64,000 nt of DNA from Podospora anserina. Lineage: Eukaryota. Within the stretch, counting starts at the first letter, position 1. Each line of letters begins with the position of its first letter. Positions 26,511 to 38,966 of this stretch are shown here, piece after piece. The notes under the pieces are model-generated. The model made no database searches, was not told the DNA's origin, and saw nothing but the letters and a program-made list of their open reading frames with translations. The stretch spans positions 2,480,001 to 2,544,000 of the forward strand of contig CM030333.1 of NCBI GenBank assembly GCA_017654855.1, read 5' to 3'. The translations under genes and the position numbers were made by a program.

Positions 26511-29500
26511 TTACAAAGCATAAGGGTTAAGAGAGCGGATAGTCAAGCAACTGCAATACTTGTTAGTCATCATGATACTCATTAAACAGCAACAAGAAAA
26601 AACTCACGGTGGGCTCTTGCTGAGATCCGTCTTGAGAATGACCGGCACGCGCGTCATCTCGGTAACATCCTGGATGTACTCCCCGCCCTCCTCTCTCAGC
26701 TTGAAAAGCTTGAGATACTTCTCCTTGTTGGTAAGGCGAGTCTCGGGCGCCTCGGTAACCGGCACCTTGGAATCCGACCGAGTGCGGTGCAGAGTCGACG
26801 AAGAGCGAGTAGGCGAGCCGGGCACGCTCTGAGTGGGGCGCTCGGCGAGAGAAGCACCAGCCATGGCCTCGGTGATGTCAGAAGCATTGTCCTCATCATC
26901 GTCAAAGAGAGCATCGGCCGACTCGGGCGCAATGGTGCCAGTCTCGGTCTGCTTGCGAGCAGCCTCCTCGCGCTCCTTCTTGACACGTTCAGCCTCCTCG
27001 GCCTGGCGGGCAGCGGCCATGGCGTTGGAAACCCTCTGCGAGGCACCGCCAGCCCTGGGCCTCTCGTCCTCGGGGACGTAAGCCGAGCTGGGGACACCCT
27101 TCTCCCAGTAGAGCTCAAGAACACGCTTCTCCTTTCTGAACTCGGCCTTCTTGAGAGGGAGCTGGTCACAGTGGACGCGCTTCTCGAAGCCCCAGTCGGG
27201 GATGAGCACATCAAACGCCGACTCGTAGACACAGACGACGATACCCTCGCTGATGAGATCTCCGTTGGTCTCCTGGCGGACCTTGTCCATGGTACGGCAG
27301 GCCTCGATGTGGACGCTCTGCTCCTGAGCATTCTGAGCAGAGTCCTTCTTGGTGTTGCAAGACTCGACCGTCTTGATGAGATTTTCCAAGTCTTCGGTGT
27401 ACTCGGTCTCGGTAAGAACAGCTTCAAGCTGGCGGTGAACCAAAATGTCGGCGTAGCGCCGGGTTGGGGCAGTGAAATGAGTGTAGAGCGGCACATTAAG
27501 AGCATAATGAGACCAAAGGTGCTGGGCAGTCTTGCCAGCAATAAAGTACTTGGCGCGTTGCATCGACTTCAGGAGCAGTGTTTCCATGCCCTTTCTGATG
27601 TCAGAATCGTCCACTCTGAACAGGCTGTTCTGGAGAGACCCGCTGCTGGTCGAGTCAATCTCATAGCCCAGAGCGGACATGCGCTCCACAAAAGTCTGCA
27701 GACGGCGAGAGTTGGGAGGGGCGTGGCGGCGCAGAAGGGCCTTCTCGGGAAGAGCAGCGGCCAAGCGCTGAGCGACGTAGGTGTTGGTCTTGTGCATGAG
27801 CTCTTCAACGAGCTCGGTGGCCAAGCTGCTATCAAAGACATTGTGCTTGACCGGGATGTTCTCATCGTCAAGCTGCTGGAGCAGACGAAGAGGGGCAATA
27901 GGCTCACCGCCAGCACCGAGGCGTGCCTCGTGGAACTTCTGGGCAAGGAGGCTGAGAAGCTGGATATCCTTGGCGCCAGCAACGGGGTGGCTGAAGCCGG
28001 CCTGGTTAGAGAGAGCCTCGTCAATCTGAGACAGCGACAACTTGCCGCCGCTCTTGACAATGCCCTTTCCAATCCAGGTGTCGCCTTCGGCAACAGCGCC
28101 AGTGTGTGGGTTGACGTGGAAGACAACGCTGACGGTCAAGCGATCCTCCTCGGGAGTCAGGGCACAGTACTCGCCGGACAGCCTGGGTGGGAGAAGAGCG
28201 CAGAAACGGTTCATGAGCTGAACGGCGGTGCCGCGCTTCTTGGCCTCTCTGTCGACGAGCGAAGCTGGCTTCACGAAGTGAGTGACATCGGGAACGTGAA
28301 CACCAATCTCGACCTTGCCATCAGGCAGTGTCTTGACGTGGACACCGTTTCCAAGCTCGGCAGTGCTTTCGAGGTCGAGGGTGAAGACCTTCTCGCCACG
28401 GAAGTCTCTGCGGGAGCCGAGGGCCGCCTCATCTTCCTTTGCGATAGTCCAGTCCTGAGGGTTCACACTGCGCAGAACAGCATCGGAGAACTCATCCGAA
28501 GAGAAGTTGTTGTCACGCAAAAGAGCATCCGTTTCAACCTTGAGATCACCCATCTTTCCGAGCTTTTCGACCAAAGTACCGAAAGGATGGAGCGAGGTGA
28601 TGGGCCAGCGCTTGATGCAGGCAACGAAGATCTGGTCGGCGTAGTCCTGGTGCTTCTCAACAAAGTCACGAGGAGCCTGTTCAGTGGGAATGGCAATCAA
28701 GGGAACACGCTTGTCAGTAGGCTTGAACCACACAATCTTGGGCTTCTCCTGGGCGCGGTTGTCATGATGGCGAGAGTTGGACCCATCACGAGCGGCGCGC
28801 TCGGCCTCCTGCTTCTCCTTGGTAGCCTGGCTGCTGGGACGGAGGAGACCCAGGGTGCCGGAGAACATCTGACCAGCCACACGCTCAATGACAGCAACAA
28901 TATGGCCGGCATAAAGAGGCTTGGACTCGTCGTTGATCTCCTCCTCCTCGACGAGAAGGAGGCTCTGACCCTCCACTTCAACGTCGTCATTCTTCTTTTG
29001 GGTAGGGCGCTGTCTCAAACTGCCACGGCGGCGGAGGCCACCTTCGGCGCCATTGTCATCATTAGTGCTGCCCTGGTTTGTTCCGGCGGTGGACCCAGAG
29101 CGAGTGTCGGTGATGTCCTTGCGCTTCTTCTTCTCCTCCTTCTCGCGCTTCTGAGACCACACCTCGTCGACATCAAGGAGCTCGACAGCCACCAAGTCAC
29201 CCTCAAGGGCGCGGTTGCGATCCTTGCTGCCGCAAATAAAGATATCGGCATCGAGCAGACCATCCTGAGTCGACACATAAGCGTCACTACGGTTCTTCTT
29301 GTTGACCCGGAGGATACCCGAAACCAGCTGCCCGTCGCCGAGGAGAGCAGGAAGGGTAGCCTGGGGGAGGTAAGGAGTGAAAAGCGTCTTGCGCTGTTGC
29401 TGTTGGGGCTGCTGGGCGGCCATTTGAGGAGCGTGTTGGCTGGCGCCAAGACCAGCCATGTGCTGGCCGCTCATCTGAGCAATCTGGAGAGCCTGCAGCT

Positions 29501-30791
29501 GGTTGAGCTGCATAGGGTTGAGCTGCTGACCAGGGAACATGCCGGGGACCATCATCTGCCCAGGGAGCTGCATCAACTGAGGCTGGCCAGCATACTGGAA
29601 AGCGCCTAGACCAGAGATGGACTGGTGGTTGATGGACCCGCGGCTGCGATGGCCCGGCTGGAACCCCTGATTCTGACCGGCGCCGGCAGACTGGTCCTGG
29701 CCCTGATTTTGGTTCTGGCTCTGGTTGCGCCAGTTGCCATCAAAGTTCCGAGATCCAGTGCGGGCGTGACCTCCGCCAGCACCACCACCGCGGCGTTGGA
29801 GGTCGTCGCCAGAAAAGTTCATACCACCACCACGTCCTCCACGACCACCGGCGCCGACAGCCATGCTCTGGCTGCGGCCATGACCGCCGCCGCGACCGCC
29901 ACGGAAGGAGGAACCTTGTGCGATCTGGCTGTCGGCTGGGGCAGCAACCGGAGCGGGCGCCGGGGCGGCACTAGCACCCTTTGCGTCGGTTTCTGTCTTT
30001 TCAGCAGAGCCCGAAGCACCAGGGGCGGGGAACTGGAAGCCGGAGGTGGTGCGCTTCTGCTGGGCGATTTCGGCGGCCTTCTTGGCGTCAGCGAGGGCTA
30101 GGGAGTGACGTCTCTGATGACCACCCCCGGCGCCACCACCTCTACCACCACGGCCGCCAGCGTTTTCTCCTCTCTGGGCGGGTTGGAGGTTTTCAAAGTT
30201 GCCAAAGGCAGATCCCGAGGCTCCAGCGGAAGGGGCGGGAGGGGGCCCCCCCATACCCATGTTGGGAATAGCCGACTGATTACGGCGATGTGAGAGTGGC
30301 TGTGTGGGAGGGGCCAAGGACACATTTTGCTGTTGAAGCTGATTCGGGAATTGAAAGCCGGTCTGCGGCGAAAGGTTGGGCATGGCTTGCTGGAGAGGGT
30401 TGAAGCCGCCTTGGCCCAGAGCCTGAGCGTTCTGCAACATGCCCATGTGCTGATAAGTAGCTTGGAGCTGCTGCTGCTGCTGTTGCAGCAGCTCGATTTG
30501 CTGCGCAATGGCCAGTTGTTCCACTGCGAAGAAAAACACATGTTAGCTTGGCTGTTTGTGGCTTGAGGTGATGGTTGGTGAGGGTGGTGATTGATGGATG
30601 GCAGAAAAGGGGCGAATTCAGGGGTAGCACTTACTGCCGGGATTCGCATACATGCTCATCAACGGGGTCAACTCCGAAGGGCTACGGCGATGGGCGATAT
30701 GCAGACGGCGGCCGGTAGGGCCAGGCACACCTCCAGGCTGGGCCTGGGGTTGCTGTGATTGCTGCTGCTGCTGCTGCTGCTGTTGATCCAT
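26511..30791 (-). CDS. gul-1: Ssd1/GUL-1 RNase II-family pseudonuclease RNA-binding protein; exons 30791-30635, 30523-26608, 26550-26511
   Basis: Q-rich N-terminus, repeated HxRxxS NDR-kinase sites (HRRSPS, HRRNQS, HQRRHS, HGRSQS, HARTGS), RKTLFTPYLPQ, GSKDRNRALEGD, degenerate catalytic loop (DLESTAELGN), YTHFTAPTRRYAD, spliced end SPPCLTIRSLNPYAL. Confidence 0.95.
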
Positions 30792-32484
30792 TGCGACTAC
30801 TCAGGGGCTGAGGTGCGTGTGGATGGTGGGCAGACAGTGGACAGACGGACAAGGTATGGATGCACGTCGAGTGCGGTGCAAGTGTATGTTGTTGCGATAT
30901 AAGCAAACGGACAGCGGGAGGCGGATGCAGACAGGAGTAGTCGATAATGGTCGGGTGTCGTCGTGTCGTTTTGGTTTGTTGCGTTGCTGCGTTGCGTTGT
31001 TGTTGCTGTTGCTGAGCTGTGCGCTGTTCTTTTGGGGGGTTTGGTTTGTGAATGTGGAGATGTCGCCCACAGACGCTGCGGTTGGCAGAGGCAGAAACAG
31101 TTTTTTGAATTTCGAGTCCAAATGGGTTAATGAAAGATTGAAAAATGCGTCGAGCTTTGGGGAGGGAGTGTGGGAGTGGGAGAGGTAGAGAGGGCTTGGT
31201 GTGTGAGAGCTGCGATAGCTGTTCGAGCGAAGCCTGAAGAGGGGACGGGGGAAGAGAGAGAGGTAGAAGGGAGGTCGGGGCAAGGAGGGTGCGATTGGGA
31301 AGACGGGAACCCGGAGGTCGTTGATGACGATGAAGCGAGACAAGAGACAGACAACCTGCTGGAAGAGACAGCGGAAAGGAAAAGGAAGGATGCTCCAGGG
31401 CGATGGCACAGTGCTTTTGGGTGGCTTCGAGGGGGGAGGGTGTGCTGTGGCAGCTACCGAAAGGGTAAGGAAAGTGGGGTTGCCCAGTGCCACGGCCAGC
31501 AAATCCGAATTGAAGGCGTGACGCACCAGCGGCGTCCCCAAGCTACCGTCCCACTATTCAACCCCTGCTCAAGCAAAGACGGATGCAGCCAGAGGCCAAT
31601 GGGCTCCATTCTCCTGCAGCCGATGGGGAGCTTCACTTCTCTTTCTACCACCTCACCACTCTGACCGACACTTTCTTCCTAATGATCTGAACAACCTGGA
31701 AGAATATAAATTGTCTTGTGGCTGTGGTGAAGCCCTCTCTGTTTCAACCCTCTCCGAGCTTGAAGATATCAGGTTACAGGTAGGTGAGCAAAGAGGGGAA
31801 CCTGGTTTTTTCTTCTAATCTGGGCATTGCGGGGGGGCGAGACGCACGCACGGCTGTTTTGTGGGACTGGCTTTTCGTCTACAACCTCCTCCCAACTGAC
31901 AGCTCGGGGACAATCATTGACTGGCAAGACCTGTTCTGGTGAACCAGGCTGAGGCGGCACGGTGTTTGGTTGGAGCTGTCAGAACTGTCGAGCTAGCCCT
32001 TGATGATGCGTCCAGTCCAGAGCTCTGACTGTCAACTTGTTGCGGCACGAAACCAACATTTTCGGCAGTGTTGGAAGAGATGGACAGGAATAGCTAAAAC
32101 ATTGCATCCGGATAGTCATTTGCCCGGCTACTGCTAAATAAAGAGATATATACGATGGCTTTGATCACATCTTTTTGCTGATACCAGACTACAGGGTGGA
32201 TTGCAATTTGTCTTGATGGAGCCTCTGAGTTCTAGCTCTGAAACTGTTTTGATAAGCTCCGATATGTGGCTCCAACTGTTTGTTCCATTGGGGTCCCGGC
32301 CCAGCTCTTGGAGACGCTGCACAGCTGGAAGCTCCAAACCTTGGGCGACGTTGAAGCCTGGAGACTCGTACCCGTCGTTCGGAATTATCCACAACACCCG
32401 ATGTCTTTCTTGTCCCCGCTGATCGCTAGCCTAGTTACATCCAATGCCCCGATTGAGATGCGGCCATGTCTCAATGTCCAACAG

Positions 32485-32532
32485 GAGCAAGAGCAAGAGC
32501 AAGAGCAAGAGCAAGAGCAAGAGCAAGAGCAA
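32485..32532 (+). repeat. (GAGCAA)8 hexamer microsatellite
   Basis: Eight perfect units; lies in the open frame upstream of gle1. Confidence 0.95.
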
Positions 32533-32835
32533 GAGGTAGCTGTCAAGGAGCAAGGTAGCAAAGAAGGGTTAGGGTTGTCGACGTTGCTTTGTTGGGCAAC
32601 TCAAAGCAGATCATCTGCTGCAGGGATCATCTTGGAGCAGGAAAAAGTTAGACACCAGGAGGGTGCATCTAACCCCGCGACTTTCTTCATTCGCGGTTCA
32701 CGGTACAGCAAAAGAACAATCAACGTCGCGACATTGACCACCTGTTTTCCCGCGCAACACATCCACCCTGCCGGATCTCTTGATCGACGCCTTACAAGCC
32801 ATAAGCCGGGCGCGTCCCAGCAACAAAACGGCACG

Positions 32836-34531
32836 ATGCAGCGAGCATCTCCCTCGCCAGCGCGGAGCTATGATGTCGCCAGCCCTCACCGAGCCGATCT
32901 CGCAGAAATCTTCAACCAAGACAGGAACTCGCCGGCGCGTCACAGGCAAATCCTCGAGACCTCAAGACAAGAACATACCAGAATTCGAGAGGAGGCCGAA
33001 AGGGTGCTGCAAGAGGCTCGTCTGAAGGAGGAAAGAGACCGAGTCCTCGAACAGAGAAGAAAAGAGGAAGAGAGGATCAAAACCGAGCAGGAATTAGCTG
33101 CCGAGCGCGTCAGATTAAACGAACTCAAGGCGAAAAAGATCGAGATTCCCCCGTTACTACCAGATCCTGAACCACCAAAGCCAGCCCCAAAGCCCACTCC
33201 ACCAGCAGCTGTTTCTCCAGCCAACAAAGTCGATGAACCAAAGCCGACTTCCGTACTCAATGGAGCCGGTCCGTTCGGGTCAACAGCACCCACAGCACAG
33301 CCATCATCAGGCTTCTTTGCTGCCAAGGCGCCTCCAGCCCCGACACCATCACCATCACCACCAGTACCCGCAGTAGCACCAGCTGCTAAGCCAGCAAATT
33401 CAGTCCTCGGCATCGGAGGGTTGCTTAATGGGACCAACCAGACCAATGGTACGGCTGGGACAACAGGGGCAGTACCGGCAGCGCTTCCAGTAGCTCCAAC
33501 GGCTCCAGCGGTACCAACCATCGACAGATATACCGTGATCCACAAGAACCTGAAAGGCCTGCGGAAGATGATGGCAGAACAGGCCAAGACCAACCGGGCC
33601 CTGAAAGAGAGAATGGGAGATATGAGGAGAGAACTCAGAAAGTGTATAGGCCAGCTTTCTGCGGGAGCTCCTGGTGTAAACCGGTCGCAGGCACGTACAC
33701 CAAGGCGGGGACCTTGTCTCAAAATTCGTTTTATGCTAACCGTGTAAACAGCAAACAAAAATTACTAATTTATTGCGCGAGGCACTGGCGAACCAGGTTC
33801 AGTCACAGCTCATTGACCCATCAGACTATGTCTTTGAGCCAAGACAACCCGTCGAAGGAGCAGCACGCAACGAGCCAGCACTGCCTTCGCTGTTCATTTA
33901 CCTCCTCAACATCTTCAGCAAAGGCGCCATCTCGCAGTTCATCAACGAAGCCTCAGCACGACCAGAGACAGCTGACCCGGTAGGCGTCTGTGTAGCCGCT
34001 ACAATCTCAGAACCGGACTTTCTCTGGCGAGGAAAATCAATGATTGACATTTTGCTGGCCAAGTTCAGGATAGTCTGCCCAGTCCTGTTCGGCTACCGAG
34101 GAAGCGAAAAGACCGAGCAAGGGCGAGCAAGACTTGGGTGGTGGAAAGACAGCGGGCGATGGATTGGTGAGCAACAACACATGGACCGGATGACGGGTCT
34201 CGGTGCCGGGTTCGCCGCCATCTCCCTCCGCAAGTTTGCCGCGTCCAAGAAGCAAAACCCGTATCCGGCTCGGCATTACTGGACCGCCATGGCGCGTATA
34301 GTGAACACGCCGGCGGTTGAGATCAGCAACACGCAGTGTATCGTCCTGAAAGCCATGATTGAGAACTACGAAGGGAAATTCATCGACGCGTACGGCAGCG
34401 CCGCGGTTGTCGCTCTGCGGACGGCCCTCGTCGAGTTCCCTGCTAGAGCGCCGACAAAGGGTGCGGCGGTCCACTCGCTTGAAGTGTTGGCTACACTACT
34501 TAAGAAGAACACCGGGTTGACATTGGGATAG
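32836..34531 (+). CDS. GLE1: mRNA export factor/nucleoporin Gle1; exons 32836-33690, 33752-34531 (probable GC-AG intron)
   Basis: Charged coiled coil, Pro/Ala-rich linker, then RRELRKCIGQL, YLLNIFSK, LLAKFRIVCPVLFG, GRARLGW, HMDRMTGLGAGFAAI resembling the fungal GLE1 domain. Start uncertain. Confidence 0.8.
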
Positions 34532-34932
34532 AAACTGCGGTGGAACCAGAGGGTTCTTTAGAGTGGGGGCTGAGTGAGTTTTGGCGTGTATTAATACCCA
34601 GCGGCTGAAAAGGATATAACTCGGGGAATGGGAAAGGGTCAGCATACAAATTTATCATGATATTGCTGGGTGGGAAGTTGTGTTGGGGGAAAATGTTTGG
34701 TTAGCGGTTTGGATTGGCTCAGGTTGAACCATTCTGTAACAGCGTGTGTGTTGTCTAAATACCCTACAAGTGTATAACACAACTCCTAAATAACAAATAC
34801 CGTCCCAAACGCCGTATAAACATCGCTGTGACAAGAACCGTAGTCAAGTCCCGTATATCTACGCTGATCATGTGCAAGAACTCCCTGTCTTCCCAAAAAA
34901 CCAAGTGCCCTACCCACCTCAATCAAAACACC

Positions 34933-35714
34933 CTATAGAATCAACAGTATCACCAACAAAATCACCAAAACCAATATCAGCACCCCGATACAACAACTAC
35001 TCAGCGTATCCTCATTCCTCTTCAGGACGTACTTCATCTTGTCCATCCCCGTCTGCAACCTCCCCCCTACCCTATCCGCCAAACCATCCACCACCTCCAA
35101 CATCTCGGCCTGCTCCTCCAGCTCCCGCCCCATACTATCCGCCTGCCGCCGCAGATTGCCCACTGTTTGGAAGACTCCGTCCAGATGCTGATCCTGCTCC
35201 CGCATCATCATGACCTGCTGCTCTTGCTCGAACTGAGCGGCGTAGTCCTCCCCCCTTTCGGGATTGTCAAGATCGGCGAAGGAGGATGGGTCTGGGAGAC
35301 TGCTGGAGGTCTTGGAGAGCTCCTCGCGCATGTCGTCGATTTCATTGCCTACTTCCTGCACGAGGCGTTTGCGGCGGGTGATTTCTGTTGGGGAGAGGTT
35401 GAAGTGGGAGGGGTTGGTTTCGATTGCGCGGATGGAGGCGAGGAGGTCGGATAGGTCTTCGGAGAGGGATTCGAGGGAGGACTGGAGTTCGGCGCGGGCG
35501 GAGATGAGTTCTGGGGATGGGGTGGTGGTGGTGGAGGAGGAGAGGGAGCGGATGCGGAGGTAGGAGGTGAAGAGGGGGCGGGTGGTTTGGAGTTGGGTGA
35601 GGACATCTCTGTGTGTATGTTGTCAGATGAAAGGCGGCGTGGTATGTGTAGGGGGAGGGGGGCATACTGTTGGACTTGGAGGAAGGGGTCCTCTTCACTA
35701 GTCGAGGACATCAT
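34933..35714 (-). CDS. TLG1: Syntaxin-6/Tlg1 t-SNARE; exons 35714-35668, 35608-34933
   Basis: EDPFLQVQQDV N-terminus after splicing, SNARE helix MREQDQHLDGVFQTVGNLRRQADSMGRELEEQ, C-terminal TM anchor CCIGVLILVLVILLVILLIL. Confidence 0.9.
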
Positions 35715-36047
35715 TTTGAATGGTTGGGATTGGGACTGCGCCGGAGGTTATGGGATTGGTGGCATTTGATTTTAGAGAGGGATAGGATTGTTATATAGGA
35801 TGCCTTGAAGTCTTGCGACGAGTTGTGGACTTGTTATTAAAAAAAAGTTGAGATGTGTTTGCTGGTAAACCTTGAAGGATGACGTTTGCTCTGCTCTGCT
35901 CTGTTCTGCGCCAAAGAGGTGCCTGTTCACATCTCCAGTTCCCTGCACGCGCGTCTCTACATTCACGCCTGGTGTCCAGCTGCCGGATTGGAGACCCAGA
36001 TTCCAATTCAACGCTATCCCCTTTGCGTCACGGGACTGGATGGATTG

Positions 36048-36580
36048 GAGCCTTGGCTGCGCAACGGCATGGTTTTCTCCTATATACTGGCATGCTAACC
36101 GCATCCAGAATAAGTCCCCAGGGCTTGAGTTTTCCAACATAAAAAGGTCTGCAAAACACAGGTAAAAACAGGTCCTTACCGTGCACTTTATCTCTTCCAC
36201 ACGTCCCGGAAAACTCTGGAAGGCCCACGTATAGATAGTTGTGTCAAAATTCACAGGGCCATCAGAGCCATCGAGCCATCAGAGCCAGCCGTCAAAGCCT
36301 CAACACCGTCAAAACTGTCAAAGCCGTCAGGGCCGTCAAGGCTATGGCTGTGAGGTTAGGGATGGCTTCGGCCTACGTGGGTAGTGGTAGTAGTGGTAGT
36401 GGTTTGGTTTAAAGAAATCAACATTCAAATTTAGGAAGGGTAGACTTACATATTGAGACCTACTTTTTTGCAGTGTTTTTGGTTTAAACCGATGTCAGGA
36501 ATCTCTCGTGGACCTTTTGGCCAGGTCTGGTTAGCGTGCCGGTATATAGGAGAAAATCATGCCGTCGCGCAGCCGGGCTC
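36048..36580. mobile_element. Decayed inverted-repeat (MITE-like) element
   Basis: 36055-36100 is the reverse complement of 36529-36574 (42/46 identical, all four differences transitions); weaker similarity continues inward to about 36175/36455; non-coding interior with short repeats; no clear target-site duplication. Confidence 0.55.
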
Positions 36581-36893
36581 GATGAGATGGTCCCCTCGCC
36601 CCCATCCATTGCCCCGCACTCTCAACCACTCACCTCGCTGTCCCGCCTCCAGCCCCCCTGAAGACACCCCCTGTAAACCCGCCCCCCCCAAGCTCGGCTC
36701 TCACCTGCCGCAAGCCCAAGTTGAAACAGAAACGTAGCTTCAACTGATCGAGGTGGCAGCAACAACAGTCCGAGTTCTGGACTTCTCATTTATTTTCTCT
36801 TTTTTTCCCTTCCCCCGCATTCTTGTCTTCAATTGATTCATTCCCCCAATTCTCTCTCCCTCACAGAAACACACCTCACAGAAGCAAGACACA

Positions 36894-37638
36894 ATGTTCA
36901 GCCTCAAGCGGGTCGTCCTGACCGCCACCGCCCTCCTGGGTGTGTCGATGGTTGCTTTCTCCCAGGTTGCTGAGGCTGCCAAGGGCCCCAAGATCACCCA
37001 CAAGGTCTACTTCGACATCACCCACGGTGATGAGCCCCTCGGCCGCATCGTCATGGGTCTCTACGGCAAGACCGTCCCCAAGACCGCTGAGAACTTCCGC
37101 GCTCTTGCCACTGGCGAGAAGGGCTTCGGTTATGAGGGGTCTACCTTCCACCGTGTTATCAAGCAGTTTATGATCCAAGGTGGTGACTTCACCAAGGGTG
37201 ATGGCACTGGCGGCAAGTCCAGTAAGTGTTTTCCGAGGGTTTCTTGAGAATGAGACATGGTGTACTGACTAGAATCGCAGTCTACGGCGAAAAGTTTGCC
37301 GATGAGAACTTCAAGCTCAAGCACACCAAGAAGGGCATTCTCTCCATGGCCAACGCCGGAAAGGACACCAACGGCTCCCAGTTCTTCATCACCACTGTTG
37401 TTACTTCGTACGTTGAACCTGTCCGAAATACTTTGGAAGGAGCTTTGGCTAACAAGTCCCCTGCAGCTGGCTCGATGGCCGCCACGTCGTCTTCGGCGAG
37501 GTCCTCGAGGGCTACGATATCGTCGAGAAGATCGAGAACGTCAAGACCCAGCCTGGTGACAAGCCCGAGAAGACGGTCAAGATCGCCAAGTCTGGCGAGC
37601 TGGAGGTCCCCGAAGAAGGTATCCACGTGGAACTCTAA
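36894..37638 (+). CDS. cypB: ER cyclophilin B (peptidyl-prolyl isomerase), short isoform ending HVEL; exons 36894-37221, 37281-37407, 37467-37638
   Basis: Signal peptide, [54 protein letters not shown]; two canonical introns. Confidence 0.95.
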
Positions 37639-37937
37639 ACACAGCGTTATTCTTTACATATACCCTTTTTTACTTTCATTCTTAGTGCCGTCCGTGTGCC
37701 CAGGTTTTGCTGTGCTCCTCATCCGCACCTTGTTTGCTGACCGGGGATGTGTTTGCGTACCCAGGCCACGGCGACCAAGATGAAAATCGAGAAACCATCA
37801 CCTTTGGAGTTCACAAGGCCGATATGAAGGATATTTCGTCATGAGATTACACACACACACGAAGCAAAAAGACATGAAATTGATGAAAAAAACACGAGTG
37901 CTGATTTATGGGCTTTTGTTCCATTGCGTTCTTGCAG

Positions 37938-38125
37938 ACTTGGATGATGACTCTGCAGAGGTCACCGACGACGTTTATCCGACCGCCCCGATCGAGAGCA
38001 GCGGTTGGGCCATCTTTGGCAAGTTTTTTGTCTTTGCCGCTGTGGTGGCTTCTGTTGTTGGCTATCTTCGCCAACGCCACACGCAAAAGTCTAAGAAGGC
38101 TCGTTATGAGAAGAGCTTGGCGTAG
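37938..38125 (+). CDS. cypB: Alternative last exon of cyclophilin B encoding an acidic linker, TM helix and basic tail
   Basis: Donor G|GTATCC at 37619 joins in frame to TTCTTGCAG(37937): DLDDDSAE...WAIFGKFFVFAAVVASVVGYL RQR...YEKSLA*. Confidence 0.75.
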
Positions 38126-38511
38126 AGAGGATCGTAGGATTAGTGGGGAGCTGGGCCTGAATAGGTATTCCTTCGTGGGAGACATGACAAGCTGTAGAAT
38201 AAACTTGGTAAACTTTATGGGCCGAGAGCAACAATTGCTCTGGTTGTAGTCTCAGCATGGTGCTGCTTGTTCTTATTCACTTCATGATTTCGGTTTACAT
38301 GCATCACGTGGGCACCCCCGTTTCAAGCATCTTAAATTTTTGGGCTTGTCTATCAACCAAAGCACTCACTCATACATACACACTCACACTCACAACTTAA
38401 TTCTCCACGACCACATCTAACGACCACGTTTGATAGATACCCGAAACCCGTTTTCTTCGCCGAACGTTACCCCTTTCACCACCGGGTCATTTGGAAAAGA
38501 AAACAGCCAAA

Positions 38512-38966
38512 ATGAAACTCCTCACCCTCAACTTCCTCACCTGCGCCGTAAAAACCTGCAAGTCCTCCTCGGACTCGTTCCCCCTCCACCCAAAGGACGC
38601 TGAGCTCGCCTCGGACGACGTCGAGGTCAACCCGGAGCTGTTGGTCAACTTGCTTCCGAGGCTGGACTGGAAGGCGCTCAAAACGACGTCCGCAGAGGTA
38701 TTTCTCCCCTCATGCATCTATCCGGTATAAGACAAAACTTCAACCATACTGACAGTGAGTGTGTATAGCTCGGCTTCCCCCAACTCCCAGACTCCCCACC
38801 AACCATCGAACAACTCCAATCAGACGACAAGTTGTTGAAAGACCTGCACTCGCTGCTCATGGAGACGAACCTGATGGAGGGCAAGCTCGTCTGCGGGGTG
38901 TGCGGGCATGAGTATGCCGTTCGGGAGGGGATTCCCAACTTTTTGCTGCCGAGTCATTTGGTTTGA
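38512..38966 (+). CDS. TRM112: Methyltransferase activator Trm112; exons 38512-38697, 38769-38966
   Basis: MKLLTLNFLTCAVKTC, FPLHP, LLPRLDWKAL, LMEGKLVCGVCGHEYAVREGIPNFLLPSHLV. Confidence 0.95.

Noticed and set aside
26787..29609. 940-aa antisense ORF over gul-1/SSD1
   Set aside because: Same codon-bias shadow effect; confined to the biased coding exon.
30801..31664. ORFs upstream of gul-1 and possible Ssd1-binding CNYTCNYT sites
   Set aside because: Pyrimidine-rich leader/promoter sequence; motif matches are trivial in CT-rich DNA.
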